Below are positions 19,670 through 29,606 of a stretch of DNA of 64,000 bases, in pieces. This DNA is from Propionibacteriaceae bacterium. Its GTDB lineage: Bacteria > Actinomycetota > Actinomycetes > Propionibacteriales > Propionibacteriaceae. The notes beneath the pieces are model-generated. The model was not told the DNA's origin. It did not search any database and saw only the letters and a program-made list of their open reading frames with translations. Both the position numbers and the translations under genes were made by a program. Each line of letters starts with the position of its first letter. Position 1 is the stretch's first letter. The stretch is taken from the NCBI GenBank assembly GCA_031267645.1, contig JAIRYW010000058.1, forward strand, positions 1,106 through 65,105. Direction: 5' to 3'.

Positions 19670-20497
19670 ATGGAGCGTGTCGGATTGGCGTTGTCGTTGA
19701 TGGTCCTGTTGACCGGTTGCACGGCGGCCGATCCGACGGCCGCTGCGGAATTCACGACGCCGGCGGTCGAGCAGATCTGCGTGCCGGCTTCGGAGAACCT
19801 GGTCTGGCGGGTGGTCTCTTCCGAGCCGGCTTATAACCATCATTCGGGTCAGGGGACCCAAGTGGAGGCCTTCACGGATCAAGACGGGACCTGGTCGGTG
19901 GTGGCTGCAGAGGTTTCGTTGTGGAACCGAGAAGAAGGTTGGCAGACTGACACCGGAGCGGTGCCTTATTTGGTTGACACGTCGAAATCGTCTTATCAGC
20001 CTCGGCCGGTTTTGAATCTGGAGCAGGGTGAGTTGTCACCTCAGGCGCAGGAGGCAGTCGGGCGGGCGACACAGTTGGCGGCCGAGTGCCTTGGCTACGA
20101 GTCGGCGGTGACGATCCCGAGCGATCCGCCGGTTGATTCCCTCATTTTCGGATACAAGGAAGTGCCGGAGGCTGTTTCGGAGTGGTTGAGGGGTGAGCAG
20201 GCTTATTTCGGCGGGTCGTATCACGTTTTGGCCGGTCTGACCATGACTGAGATGAGGACGTCCGAGGGGACTTGGTACGCGGTGGCGGCGCGGTATCGGT
20301 CGTCGTCCGCGCTGCCGACAGAGGAAGGGGGTTATGTCGGTTGGTTGGTCGACGCGCCGCCTGATCCGGCGGCGTTGCCGGTTCGTGACGCCTTGCTGTC
20401 GCGGGAGGCGATCTTGGACCAGGTCTGGCCGGCGGGTGTTCCGGCCGCCGCTGTCATCGGCCTCCGCGATGCCGTTATTGGAGCCGGGCCAGGTTGA
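19670..20497 (+). CDS. Hypothetical lipoprotein
   Basis: Signal peptide with lipobox LLTGC. No recognisable domain. GC somewhat lower than the surroundings. Confidence 0.6.
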   Translation: MERVGLALSLMVLLTGCTAADPTAAAEFTTPAVEQICVPASENLVWRVVSSEPAYNHHSGQGTQVEAFTDQDGTWSVVAAEVSLWNREEGWQTDTGAVPYLVDTSKSSYQPRPVLNLEQGELSPQAQEAVGRATQLAAECLGYESAVTIPSDPPVDSLIFGYKEVPEAVSEWLRGEQAYFGGSYHVLAGLTMTEMRTSEGTWYAVAARYRSSSALPTEEGGYVGWLVDAPPDPAALPVRDALLSREAILDQVWPAGVPAAAVIGLRDAVIGAGPG

Positions 20498-20500
20498 CGA

Positions 20501-20532
20501 GAGCGGCCCCAGTCTCATATCGAGGGCCGCTC
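20501..20532. terminator. Stem-loop between convergent genes
   Basis: gagcggccc (20501-20509) pairs with gggccgctc (20524-20532), 14-nt loop. Lies between the lipoprotein stop and the SGNH hydrolase stop. Confidence 0.4.
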
Positions 20533-20560
20533 CCGTGTCTTGGGCTTGAAGCGGTGGTCC

Positions 20561-21421
20561 TCAGGTCAGTTGTTCGGTGAGGTATGTCTCGAAGGCGGGG
20601 GTCCACCATAGTTTGTGGCCGGCCCGGGTGGGGTGGATGCCGTCGAAGAGCATGTAAAGGTCGTAGTCGTCCGTGGCGACGGCGTTCATGTCCGGGTCGT
20701 GCCAGAGGTCGAGCAGGCCGATGTTCCAAGCCGTTTTGATTTCGATGATCAAGTCGACCAGGCGGGCGTAGTCGGCGCTGTCGTACTTCGTGCCGGTGAA
20801 GAAGATGACCGGGCAGTCCCAAGTCTGGTGGCTGTAGGCGATGATGTGCTCGATGGCGCCGGCCACGGTGGCGGTGTCGTATTGGGTCAGGTCATGGCCG
20901 GGCCCGAGCGGTCGGCCGACCGGTTTGTGTCCGCTGGCGTCGTTGGTGGACAGTTGCACCACCACGGCCTCGAAGGTCTGATCGGTGGCGATCCGGTGCA
21001 AGCGGGCCACGTATGAGCTGTCCGAGTCATTGGTCAAAGTGGTGCCGCCGACGGCCTCCTTGACGGCGGCCAGGCCGTCGATCCGGGCCAGGTAGTCGAC
21101 GAAGGACTCGCCCCGGTGGCCTTGGGTGACGGAACTGCCTAGGAAGAGGACGCGGTGGCCTCGCAGGGGACTGTCGTCCAACGGTTGGGCCACGGCGACG
21201 GAGTAGCGGTGCTCGTTGCCAGGATGGAAATAGCCCATCAGGATGAGCAAGGCCAGGCCTAGGACCAGGACCAGCGAGCCCAGGCCGATGCCGGTCTGGA
21301 CCAAGATTCGTTTGGCTCGGCTCGACCGCGGCCGGCCGTCCCCGGGCTCGGACTTGGTCTCGGCTGTGGCGACAGTGGCGGTCGGGCGGTCAGGACCGTC
21401 GGTGGCGGTCGGATCACTCAT
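20561..21421 (-). CDS. Membrane-anchored SGNH/GDSL-family hydrolase
   Basis: N-terminal TM helix (GIGLGSLVLVLGLALLILM); block I FLGSSVTQG; block V DGIHPT. Confidence 0.75.
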   Translation of the reverse strand: MSDPTATDGPDRPTATVATAETKSEPGDGRPRSSRAKRILVQTGIGLGSLVLVLGLALLILMGYFHPGNEHRYSVAVAQPLDDSPLRGHRVLFLGSSVTQGHRGESFVDYLARIDGLAAVKEAVGGTTLTNDSDSSYVARLHRIATDQTFEAVVVQLSTNDASGHKPVGRPLGPGHDLTQYDTATVAGAIEHIIAYSHQTWDCPVIFFTGTKYDSADYARLVDLIIEIKTAWNIGLLDLWHDPDMNAVATDDYDLYMLFDGIHPTRAGHKLWWTPAFETYLTEQLT

Positions 21422-21636
21422 GGCGAGTCCTTTCTGGTCAGAGGGTCAGCAGGGCGTCAGCGTCCAGTCGGTGGCGTGGTCGGTCGATGGTCGGAGGGTA
21501 TCGGTGGTCGGCCGGGGCCAACCACGCGCGGTCACCGCGATGGGCGATCCGGTCAGACGGGGCGCTCGGGCGAGGCGACACCGTTCAATCCGGGCGCCTT
21601 CGCGCGGGAACGGACACTCCGAAAATCGAGTTAAGC

Positions 21637-21663
21637 TCAAAATTAAGTTTAACTTAATTTTGA
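21637..21663. promoter_or_regulatory. 27-nt perfect AT-rich palindrome (protein-binding site candidate)
   Basis: tcaaaattaagtt-t-aacttaattttga. About 15% GC in a ~68% GC genome. It lies 104 nt downstream of the adhesin stop and about 215 nt upstream of the SGNH hydrolase ATG. Confidence 0.4.
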
Positions 21664-21766
21664 ACGACGCCAAGCCTGCTGTCAAGACCGGATTGAGAAC
21701 GGCGCCCGCCGCAAGCGGGCCTGGCCCGGGCCGACCGCTTAGCCGACCCGGACCGGCGGCGGCGCG

Positions 21767-24700
21767 TCAGTCGGTCCGGCGTCGGCGCGCCACCAACACC
21801 AGGAGGCAACCCAACAGGAAGCACAGGCCGGCGGCGGCCACCCAGGCGCCCAGACCGGCCGGGGCGCCGGTGGGCGGCAGCGGCAGCTGGATCTCGGCCT
21901 CGGCCTCGAGCGAGTCGATCGTCTCACCCAGCGGGGTCAGACCGCTGGCCACGGCCTGGTTGAGCAGGACGCCGCCTTGGGCCACCTCGGTGGCGGTCAG
22001 GGCGTAAGTGGCCTGGCACTCAGTCGATTGGCCAGGCCGCAAGACGGTGTCTTGGCAGACCACGTCGGACAAGGGGCCGGCGCCGGAGAAGGACAGGCCC
22101 AGCACGGTCAGCTCGGTCACCGTCACATTGCCGGTGTTGAGGACGACGAAGCGATAGTCCACGATCTCGCCCAGGCTGGCCGGGCCGTCGGTCCGCCGGC
22201 TGCCGGTCTGGACCAGGTCCAAGCTGGGCTCGGCCAGCGCCGGCAGGGCAGTCTGGGATTGATCGGAAGCCTCGACCGGGTCGTCCTCGCCCAAGGGGAT
22301 CGGGCTCAGCCCGGTCACCACGGCGTGGTTGGTCAACACGCCGGCGTCGACGTCTTCCTGCTCCACGATGTAAGTGGCCTGGCAGGTCATCGACTGCTCC
22401 GGACCCAATTGGTCCTGCGGGCAGTCGATGTCGGACAGCGGGCCGAAGCCGGAGAAGTCATCATCGGTCAAGCTGATGGCCGACATGGTGACATTGCCGG
22501 TGTTGCGCACCACGAAGCTGTACGTCACCTCGTCGCCCACCGCCAAGCTGTCCTGGCCGACGGCCGAGGACGACTTGACCAGGGAGAGGCTGGGCTGGTG
22601 CGCGCCTTGGGCGAAGGTGGCGGCGGACAATGACGGCACGGTCGTGACGGGCAGACCGCCCACCGCCCGCGAGCCCGGCGAATCGCCCTGGGCGGCCACC
22701 GTCAAGTCGATCCGACGGGCGTCGATGTCGCCTTGGGCCAAGACGTGCTCGGCCTGGCAGACGATCGAGCCGCCCGGGGCCACGTCATCGGTCGGGCAGA
22801 CGATCTGGTCCAGGGCGGACTGACCGTTGAAGAACACCACCTCGATGGCCGGATCGGACAGCGTGACGTTGCCGGTGTTGGTGATCCAGAAGGTGAACTC
22901 GACCGTGGCGCCGAGCACGTAGTCGGCCGTCTCGGTCAGGCTGGAGGCTACCTCGACCGTCAGAGCCGGCTGGTGCGGCGACGCGATCAAGGCCGACACC
23001 TCGGACGAGACCAGAGTGGGCGGGACCTGGCCGCCGGCCGGCTGGCCCGAGGCTTGGACCCGGGAGACCACTTCGCCGGCGTCGACGTCGGCTTGGGACA
23101 GCAGGTAGCGGGCCGAGCAGACCACGAACTGGCCGGGGGCCAAGGCGGCGGCCTGGTCCGGGCAGGTCACGGTCGGAGTCGGGCGGGCGCCGTCGAAGTG
23201 ACGGTGGGACAGGCTGACGTCATAGACCGTGACATTGCCCAGGTTGCGGACCTCGAACAAGTAGACGATCTCCTGTGGCGACGTGGCCTCGGCCCGATCA
23301 GCCGGATCGTCGCCGATGCGGTCGTCCAGCGGGGCGTCCAACAACCGATAGACCCCGCGGCCCAGACCGAGCTGGGGGGCGGCCGTCAACGGCGTGGTCA
23401 GACTGGCGCTGGGCGTCTCGGGCAACACCGACTGGTCGGGCCCTTCGGCTTCGGCCGTGGCGGTGCTGGAGAGCTGGCCCCGGTCGAGGTCGGCCTGGGT
23501 CAAGCGGTAGGTGGCCTGGGCGGTGACGGATTGCCCGGGAGCCAGTTGGCCGGTCGGGCCGGGCCAGACGTAGTCCAGGTCGGACAAGCCGTCCAGCGGG
23601 TCGACCACGGCCACCCGATGGACGGAGACGTTGCCGGTGTTGACGACCGTGAAGCGGTAGGTCACGGTCTGACCGGCCTGCGGCGGGTCGCTCAACTGGC
23701 TGGTGTCAGCCTGCTTGGACAGCTCCAGGCGGGCGGCTGGGGCCAAGGCCACGACGGCCGAGCCCTGGGCCGGCTGGACGGCGAGGCCGACCGGCGTGAG
23801 GCCTTCGACGGTGGCGTCGTTGGTCAGCTGGCCGCGGTCGATGTCGGCTTGGGTCAGCCGGTAGTCGGCCCGGGCCGTCACAGTCTGGCCGGGGGCCAGC
23901 TGACCGGGCGGGCCCGGCCAGAGGTGGGTCGGGGCGTCCAGGCCGGGCAGCGGGTCGACCAAGACCAACTGGCGCAGGGTGACGTTGCCGGTGTTGGTGG
24001 CGCTGAAGAGGTAGGTCACGGTCTGACCGGCCACGGGCGGGTCGCTCAACTGGCTGGAGTCGGCGGTCAGGGTCAGACCGACCGCCCCGGCCGGCGTCAG
24101 AACGATCCGGTCGCCGGCCTGGGCCGGACTGGGCAGGGCGGAGCCGTCCGGGGCTCGGCCGTCGGCCGAAGCCGCGTTGACCAGCTGACCGGCGTCGAGG
24201 TCGGCTTGAGTCAGCTGATAGGTGGCCCGGGCGGTGGCGCTCTGACCGGGGGTCAAGACGCCGGCCGGACCAGGCCAGAGGTGGGTCAGGGCGCTCAAAC
24301 CGGGCAGCGGGTCGACGATGGCGACGCCGGTGGCGGTGACGTTGCCGACGTTGGTGACGACGAAGTCATAGGTCACGGTCTGACCGGCCTGCGGCGGGAC
24401 GGACAACTCCGAACTGTCGGAGGCCTTGGTCAGACGCAGGGCCGGCGCCGGCGCCAGCGAGACGGTGGCCTCGGCCTGGGGCGGCTCGGCCAAGTTGGCG
24501 CCGTCCGGGGCCTGAGCCCCGGCGGTGGCCCGGTTGACGACCTGGCCGGCGTCGATGTCGGCCTGGGTCAAGGAGTAGTCGGCCCGGACGGTGACGGATT
24601 GGCCGGGCGCCAAGTGGCCGGGCGCGCCGGGCCAGTCGTAGACCAAGGCGCCCAAACCGGGCAGCGGGTCGGACAGCGTCACCTGGGTCAAGCTGACGTT

Positions 24701-27700
24701 GCCGACGTTGGTGGCGGTGAAATCGAAGCCCAAGGGCTGGCCCGCCGTCGGCGGGGCGGTCAGGCGGGAGGTGTCGGCCCACTGCTCCAGGGCCAACCCC
24801 GGCGCGGCGGCCAGGACGGTGCTGGCGCTGGCCTGGCCGGGGGCCGGGACCGCGCCGCCGTCCGGGTTCGTGCCCGAGGACACGGCCTTGCTGGCGACCT
24901 GGCCGGAGTCCAAGTCGGCCTGGGTCAGCTGATAGCTGGCTTGGGCGGTGGCGGTCTGACCCGGGGCCAAGAGGCCGGCTGGTCCGGCCTGGGGCCAGTC
25001 GTAGACCAGGGAGGTCAGCCCGGGCAGCGGGTCGGCGATGGCGGCGGCGTGGACGGTCAGGTTGCCGGTGTTGGTCAGGGCGAAGTGGTAGACGATGGTC
25101 TGACCGGCCTGGGGCGGGTCGGACAGGCCGGAGACGTCGGCCGACTTGGTCAAGCTGAGGGCCGAACTGGCGGTCAAGGCGACTGTGGTGATGGCGTTGG
25201 CCTCGGGCGTGCGGTAGCCCTGAGGGGCCCAGCCCGAGGCGGTGACCGGGTTGCTCAACTGGCCGGCGTCGAGGTCGGCCTGGGTCAAGACGTAAGTGGC
25301 GCTGGCGGCGGCCTGCTGGCCGGGAACCAGCTGTCCGGGTTGGTCGGGCCAGTCGTAGACGATGGCTCCCAGGCCAGGCAGGGGATCCGACAATGCCACA
25401 TCATACAAGGTGGTGTTGCCGATGTCGCGGATCGTGAAGGAGAAAGTCAATTGTTGACCGGCCTGGGGTGGGCTGGACAGCAGGCTGGTGTCGACGCTCG
25501 ACGTCAGAGCCAACCGGTCGACCGCCGGGATGTTGTATTCGGCGCTGGCTTGGTTGACCTGGCCGACCGGTTGGCCGAAGGGGTCGAGCCCGAAGGGGGA
25601 AGCGTCATTGTGGACTAGACCGGCGTCGACGTCGGCTTGGCTCACCGTCAGACTGCCCTGGGCCCGGGCTTCCTGGCCCGGGGCCAACTGGCCGGGCGTG
25701 CCGGGCCAGCCGGACCAAGTGACGCCAGCTTGTCCGAGCAGCGGATCCGAGATGCCCACATCATGCAATGTGACATTGCCGGTGTTGGTGACGGCGAAGC
25801 CGTAAGAGAGCGGGTCGCCGGCGTTCATCGGCGGGTCGGGAGGACTGACGGTCTCGAGCCACTTCTCCAAGTGCAGCGCCGCCTGGCCGGCCAGAGCCAG
25901 GCTGGCCACGGCCGGCGGGCTGGTGACGACGATGGCTTGGGGGCTCAGACCGGAGATGGTGGCGGAGTCGGTCAGGGAGCCGGCGTCGAGGTCGGCCTGG
26001 GTCAGTTGGTAGGACGCCCAAGCCGTCATGGTCTGGCCGGGGGCCAGACTGCCGGTCGTCTCGGGCCAAATCTGGCGCCAGACGCCGAGCTGGCTCAGCG
26101 AGTCGGCGATGGTCAGATCAGCCAAAGTCACATTGCCAGTGTTGGTGGCGGTCAGATTGAAACGCAGGCTCTGTCCGGCCTCGGGCCAAGTCGACAGGGT
26201 GGAGCCGTCGGCTTGGAGCTGCAAGGCCAGCTGTCCGGTTTGGGTCAGCTGGAAGCCGACGCCGACCAGATTGGACTCGACCGACTGGCCGCCGGCCGCT
26301 TCGGCCAGGGCGATCGACTCATGGTTGAACTGGCCCAGATCGAGGTCGGCTTGGGTCAGGGCGTGCTCGGCTTGGCAGACGATGGAGGCGCCCGGGGCCA
26401 ACGCCGGGTTGACGGTCTGGGGGCAGGTCACCACTGGATAGGGCGATCCGCTGAATTCTCTCTGGTCGATCTCCACCCCAGAGACGGAGACGTTGCCGCT
26501 GTTGGTGACCTGGAAGCTCAGGCCGATGGTCTGTCCGAGCAAGGGCAGAGTCTGGTCCACCTGCGTCAGGTTGACCACCAAGTCGAGGGCGGGGGACCGT
26601 TCGCCTGCGACCCGACTGGAGGCCGGGCTGGAGCTGATCGGCCGCCCGGTCGGGTACTGGGCGGTGGCCGGGGCCGAGCCGATGGCGATGGCCGTGTGGT
26701 TCAAGACGGCGGCGTCGACATCGGCCTGGCGGATGACGTAGACGGCTTGGCAGCGGGTCGAGAGGCCGGGGGCCAAAGTGGTGGTGGGGCAGGTGATGGA
26801 GGCTATGGCGCCGGATCCGGAGAAAGCCTGTTCTTGGATGGCCAGGCCGGAGATGGTGACATTGCCGGTGTTGGTGACGTCGAATCTGTACATCACCGGG
26901 GTGCCGACGCTGAAACCGTCCGCCGGCAGATCGGCCGACTGGCTCAAACGGAGCGACCCGGCCTGGTTCAGGGTCAGGTTGGCGGCGCTGGGCAGGGAGG
27001 TGATTCGGTTGAGGGCGGGGTCGGCGCCAACGGCTTGGGCGGATTGGTTGAGGAAACCGCGGTCGATGTCGGCCTGGGTCACCTGATAGGTGGCCGAACA
27101 GGTCAAGCTGGTGCGCGGCGCTAGTGGGGTGACCGAGGTGTCGGGGCAGACGACGGCCAGAGGGGGAGCGCCGGAGAACCCGACCGATTCGACGCCGACG
27201 TCGGAGATTGAGACATTGCCGTTGTTGGCGATCGAGAACTCGTAGGTCACCGGTTGGCCCAGCTCAGTCGGCTGACTGGGCAATTGGCCGACCGTGGAGT
27301 CCAGCCGTAGCGAAGGATTGCTTTGCGACGGCAGGGTGGCCCAAAGGCTGGGCGACCAGACTTCCTGAGCGGACTCGCCGGCGGCCCCGAGCGGGGTCAT
27401 GGCGCTGGCCTGGGCGTTCGACGCGATCGACCCCAAGTCGACGTCGGTCTGGGTCAGGGCGTAGGTCCGGGTGCAGTCGGTGGACTGCCCGGGAGCCAGG
27501 TTCGAACTGGCGCAGACCAGCGGCCCGAGCGGGCCGGAGCCGCTGAAAGACGAGGTCTCGATGGTGATATCGGACAAGTCGACCTGGCCGGTGTTGGTGA
27601 CACGGTACTCCAAGGTCACCTGGTCGCCTTGGTTGAGGACGGGGTCGCCACCGTTGTCGATGTCGTGCTCCAAGTCGATCCGGGCCACGGAGTGGGTGGT

Positions 27701-29350
27701 CTGGCGGGGCTGGCAGTCGATCTGGTACTGGTCGCAGAACAAGACGTTGACCAGCTGGTCGTCGCCGGTGGCGTCTTGGTTGACCTGGACCTGGTAGGTC
27801 ACGGAGGCGGTCTGACCGGGCTGCACCGAGCCGGTGATGCTGAAACTGCCGTCCGGGCCGACCGGGCCGACGGACAAGCCGGGGCTGGCGACCGGTTCGG
27901 ACACCAAGCTGGCGTCGTCCAGGAGACCGGCCAGCGAGTCGCTGGTGTCGACCAGGACGGCTCGGTCGAGCGAGCCGGTGAAGTCCAAGCTGTAGGAGAT
28001 CCTCTGACCGGGCAGGACCGGGCTGGTCGAAGACGGGATGGCCGATTTGGCCGAGTCGACCGGCACGATCCCGATCTCCATCTCGCCGCGGGAGGCGTCG
28101 AGGGGTTGGGCGTAGGTCCAGTCCTCGATCGAACGGCTCTCGCCCCAGCTGCGGCTACTGCCCCAGCCGTGCACGCCGTAAGTCGAGTCGACCCCGGCCC
28201 GACCGTCCAACTGGGGCGTCGGGTAGTAGCCGCTGGTGGACAAGGGGGTGTCGTTCCAATACAAGGTGGCGTCGGGCGCGCCGTCGCCGTTCAAACGGGT
28301 CAAGGTGATGCTGCCGCGTTCTTCGATGTCGTCCATCACCAGGTGGAACTCACCGGTCTTGTCGAACCAGAGCCGGGCCGTCAGGGGGATGCCGAAAGCG
28401 ATGGTCTGCCCCTGGCCGTCGCGGCCGTCGAAGGTCTGGTTGTAGTCGCCTGGCCCGCCGGAGACGTCGATCCGGCGGTCGATCGGGTCAGTGTACGAAC
28501 CATTATTGTCGACGTCGATCTGCAGCTCGTAATTGCCCATGAATTTGTCCATGGCCCAGGTGAAGAGACCGGCGGAGGTCCCCTCGGCTTGGGCGAAGGC
28601 GAAATCGGACACCTCGATGCCGTCGCGCGTGATGGGCGGCGGCAGAATCCAAGTTGTCTGCCCCGGGGCGGTCTGGGCCTCCACCGGCAGCTCCGGGTCG
28701 GGCAGCTCGAAGAAGATCTTGAAGCGCGAGCCGCATTCCAACATGGGCGGGAACCAGGCATCGCCGTAGGAGGCCGCGAAATCCCTCGAGGCGTACGACG
28801 GGCGGCATTCATTGCCGACCGGATTGCCGATGGCGTCGGCCGTGATGCGGGAGTAAGCCCCATTGGTGGCGCCCAGGTCGATGCGATAGACGAAGCCGTT
28901 CAGGTTGACCGCCCAGTAGGTCAGGTCGCGGCGGGCGGACTGGTTGGTGACATAGGACTCGGTCCAGACCCGTCCGCTGACGGGCGTGCCGCCGCGCAGC
29001 ACGTTGATGGTCCAGGTGCCGGCCGTCTTGGAGGTGCCATTGTTGACTGAGATGCGCCAGACGCCGGCCGTGCCGATGGCGGCCCGGGTGCCGGCGCCGG
29101 TGCTGGTGGCGCCGGTGGGGGAGGTCACGGTGATGGAGCCGCGTTGGGCCGCCACCGCCAGCGACTCGTCGCCGCGGACGTAGGCGTAGAAGACGTTCGC
29201 CATCATGATGCCGTTGCTGGTGACCGAGCCGGAGGCCTGGGCCAAGGGCGGCGGGGTGGCCACGAAGGGCAGAGTCAACCCGACCAACAGGGCCGAGGAC
29301 AGCAAAGCCAGGGTCAAACGACTACGACGGGATAGGACAGCATGACTCAT
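21767..29350 (-). CDS. Giant LPXTG-anchored surface protein (2,527 aa) with 16 DUF11/TIGR01451-type repeat domains
   Basis: ORF 21767..29383 trimmed to the ATG at 29350 (MSHAVLSRRSRLTLALLSSALLVGLTLPFVATPPPLAQA signal peptide). C-terminus is LPPTG plus a hydrophobic helix plus RRRRTD. There are 16 copies of the xTNTGNVTL...LTQADxDxG module. Confidence 0.9.
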   Translation of the reverse strand: MSHAVLSRRSRLTLALLSSALLVGLTLPFVATPPPLAQASGSVTSNGIMMANVFYAYVRGDESLAVAAQRGSITVTSPTGATSTGAGTRAAIGTAGVWRISVNNGTSKTAGTWTINVLRGGTPVSGRVWTESYVTNQSARRDLTYWAVNLNGFVYRIDLGATNGAYSRITADAIGNPVGNECRPSYASRDFAASYGDAWFPPMLECGSRFKIFFELPDPELPVEAQTAPGQTTWILPPPITRDGIEVSDFAFAQAEGTSAGLFTWAMDKFMGNYELQIDVDNNGSYTDPIDRRIDVSGGPGDYNQTFDGRDGQGQTIAFGIPLTARLWFDKTGEFHLVMDDIEERGSITLTRLNGDGAPDATLYWNDTPLSTSGYYPTPQLDGRAGVDSTYGVHGWGSSRSWGESRSIEDWTYAQPLDASRGEMEIGIVPVDSAKSAIPSSTSPVLPGQRISYSLDFTGSLDRAVLVDTSDSLAGLLDDASLVSEPVASPGLSVGPVGPDGSFSITGSVQPGQTASVTYQVQVNQDATGDDQLVNVLFCDQYQIDCQPRQTTHSVARIDLEHDIDNGGDPVLNQGDQVTLEYRVTNTGQVDLSDITIETSSFSGSGPLGPLVCASSNLAPGQSTDCTRTYALTQTDVDLGSIASNAQASAMTPLGAAGESAQEVWSPSLWATLPSQSNPSLRLDSTVGQLPSQPTELGQPVTYEFSIANNGNVSISDVGVESVGFSGAPPLAVVCPDTSVTPLAPRTSLTCSATYQVTQADIDRGFLNQSAQAVGADPALNRITSLPSAANLTLNQAGSLRLSQSADLPADGFSVGTPVMYRFDVTNTGNVTISGLAIQEQAFSGSGAIASITCPTTTLAPGLSTRCQAVYVIRQADVDAAVLNHTAIAIGSAPATAQYPTGRPISSSPASSRVAGERSPALDLVVNLTQVDQTLPLLGQTIGLSFQVTNSGNVSVSGVEIDQREFSGSPYPVVTCPQTVNPALAPGASIVCQAEHALTQADLDLGQFNHESIALAEAAGGQSVESNLVGVGFQLTQTGQLALQLQADGSTLSTWPEAGQSLRFNLTATNTGNVTLADLTIADSLSQLGVWRQIWPETTGSLAPGQTMTAWASYQLTQADLDAGSLTDSATISGLSPQAIVVTSPPAVASLALAGQAALHLEKWLETVSPPDPPMNAGDPLSYGFAVTNTGNVTLHDVGISDPLLGQAGVTWSGWPGTPGQLAPGQEARAQGSLTVSQADVDAGLVHNDASPFGLDPFGQPVGQVNQASAEYNIPAVDRLALTSSVDTSLLSSPPQAGQQLTFSFTIRDIGNTTLYDVALSDPLPGLGAIVYDWPDQPGQLVPGQQAAASATYVLTQADLDAGQLSNPVTASGWAPQGYRTPEANAITTVALTASSALSLTKSADVSGLSDPPQAGQTIVYHFALTNTGNLTVHAAAIADPLPGLTSLVYDWPQAGPAGLLAPGQTATAQASYQLTQADLDSGQVASKAVSSGTNPDGGAVPAPGQASASTVLAAAPGLALEQWADTSRLTAPPTAGQPLGFDFTATNVGNVSLTQVTLSDPLPGLGALVYDWPGAPGHLAPGQSVTVRADYSLTQADIDAGQVVNRATAGAQAPDGANLAEPPQAEATVSLAPAPALRLTKASDSSELSVPPQAGQTVTYDFVVTNVGNVTATGVAIVDPLPGLSALTHLWPGPAGVLTPGQSATARATYQLTQADLDAGQLVNAASADGRAPDGSALPSPAQAGDRIVLTPAGAVGLTLTADSSQLSDPPVAGQTVTYLFSATNTGNVTLRQLVLVDPLPGLDAPTHLWPGPPGQLAPGQTVTARADYRLTQADIDRGQLTNDATVEGLTPVGLAVQPAQGSAVVALAPAARLELSKQADTSQLSDPPQAGQTVTYRFTVVNTGNVSVHRVAVVDPLDGLSDLDYVWPGPTGQLAPGQSVTAQATYRLTQADLDRGQLSSTATAEAEGPDQSVLPETPSASLTTPLTAAPQLGLGRGVYRLLDAPLDDRIGDDPADRAEATSPQEIVYLFEVRNLGNVTVYDVSLSHRHFDGARPTPTVTCPDQAAALAPGQFVVCSARYLLSQADVDAGEVVSRVQASGQPAGGQVPPTLVSSEVSALIASPHQPALTVEVASSLTETADYVLGATVEFTFWITNTGNVTLSDPAIEVVFFNGQSALDQIVCPTDDVAPGGSIVCQAEHVLAQGDIDARRIDLTVAAQGDSPGSRAVGGLPVTTVPSLSAATFAQGAHQPSLSLVKSSSAVGQDSLAVGDEVTYSFVVRNTGNVTMSAISLTDDDFSGFGPLSDIDCPQDQLGPEQSMTCQATYIVEQEDVDAGVLTNHAVVTGLSPIPLGEDDPVEASDQSQTALPALAEPSLDLVQTGSRRTDGPASLGEIVDYRFVVLNTGNVTVTELTVLGLSFSGAGPLSDVVCQDTVLRPGQSTECQATYALTATEVAQGGVLLNQAVASGLTPLGETIDSLEAEAEIQLPLPPTGAPAGLGAWVAAAGLCFLLGCLLVLVARRRRTD
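22000..27720 (-). repeat. Array of 16 coding repeats, ~353-396 nt each, inside the surface protein gene
   Basis: The NTGNV-encoding motif (plus strand (a/g)ttgcc(g/a)(g/a)(t/c)gtt) recurs near 22130, 22495, 22870, 23236, 23632, 23986, 24343, 24700, 25063, 25416, 25777, 26134, 26494, 26863, 27216 and 27584. Confidence 0.8.
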
Positions 29351-29517
29351 GGCGCATCCTGTTTCTCCGATGCGAGGGAGCATCGGTCAAATGGCACGGA
29401 AGCGCAGGCATGGGACCGACTACTCCGTACCGGAGGAGGAGTTCAACTGACTTCCTACAGCACTGGGGGAGGGCAGTCAAATTTATCGTCCGAGCGTCCA
29501 AACTTACCGTCCCAGGA

Positions 29518-29562
29518 GGCGGCCGGCGGCCGTTCTGGGGCGTCTCGAACGGGCCGGCCGCC
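29518..29562 (-). terminator. GC-rich stem-loop downstream of gcl
   Basis: ggcggccggc (29518-29527) pairs with gccggccgcc (29553-29562). An inner ccgttc/gaacgg pairing adds to the stem. It starts 45 nt after the gcl stop. Confidence 0.5.
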
Positions 29563-29606
29563 CAGCTCTGGCGACCGGCCCGCTCGACGCTCCGGGAGCG
29601 ACGGCC

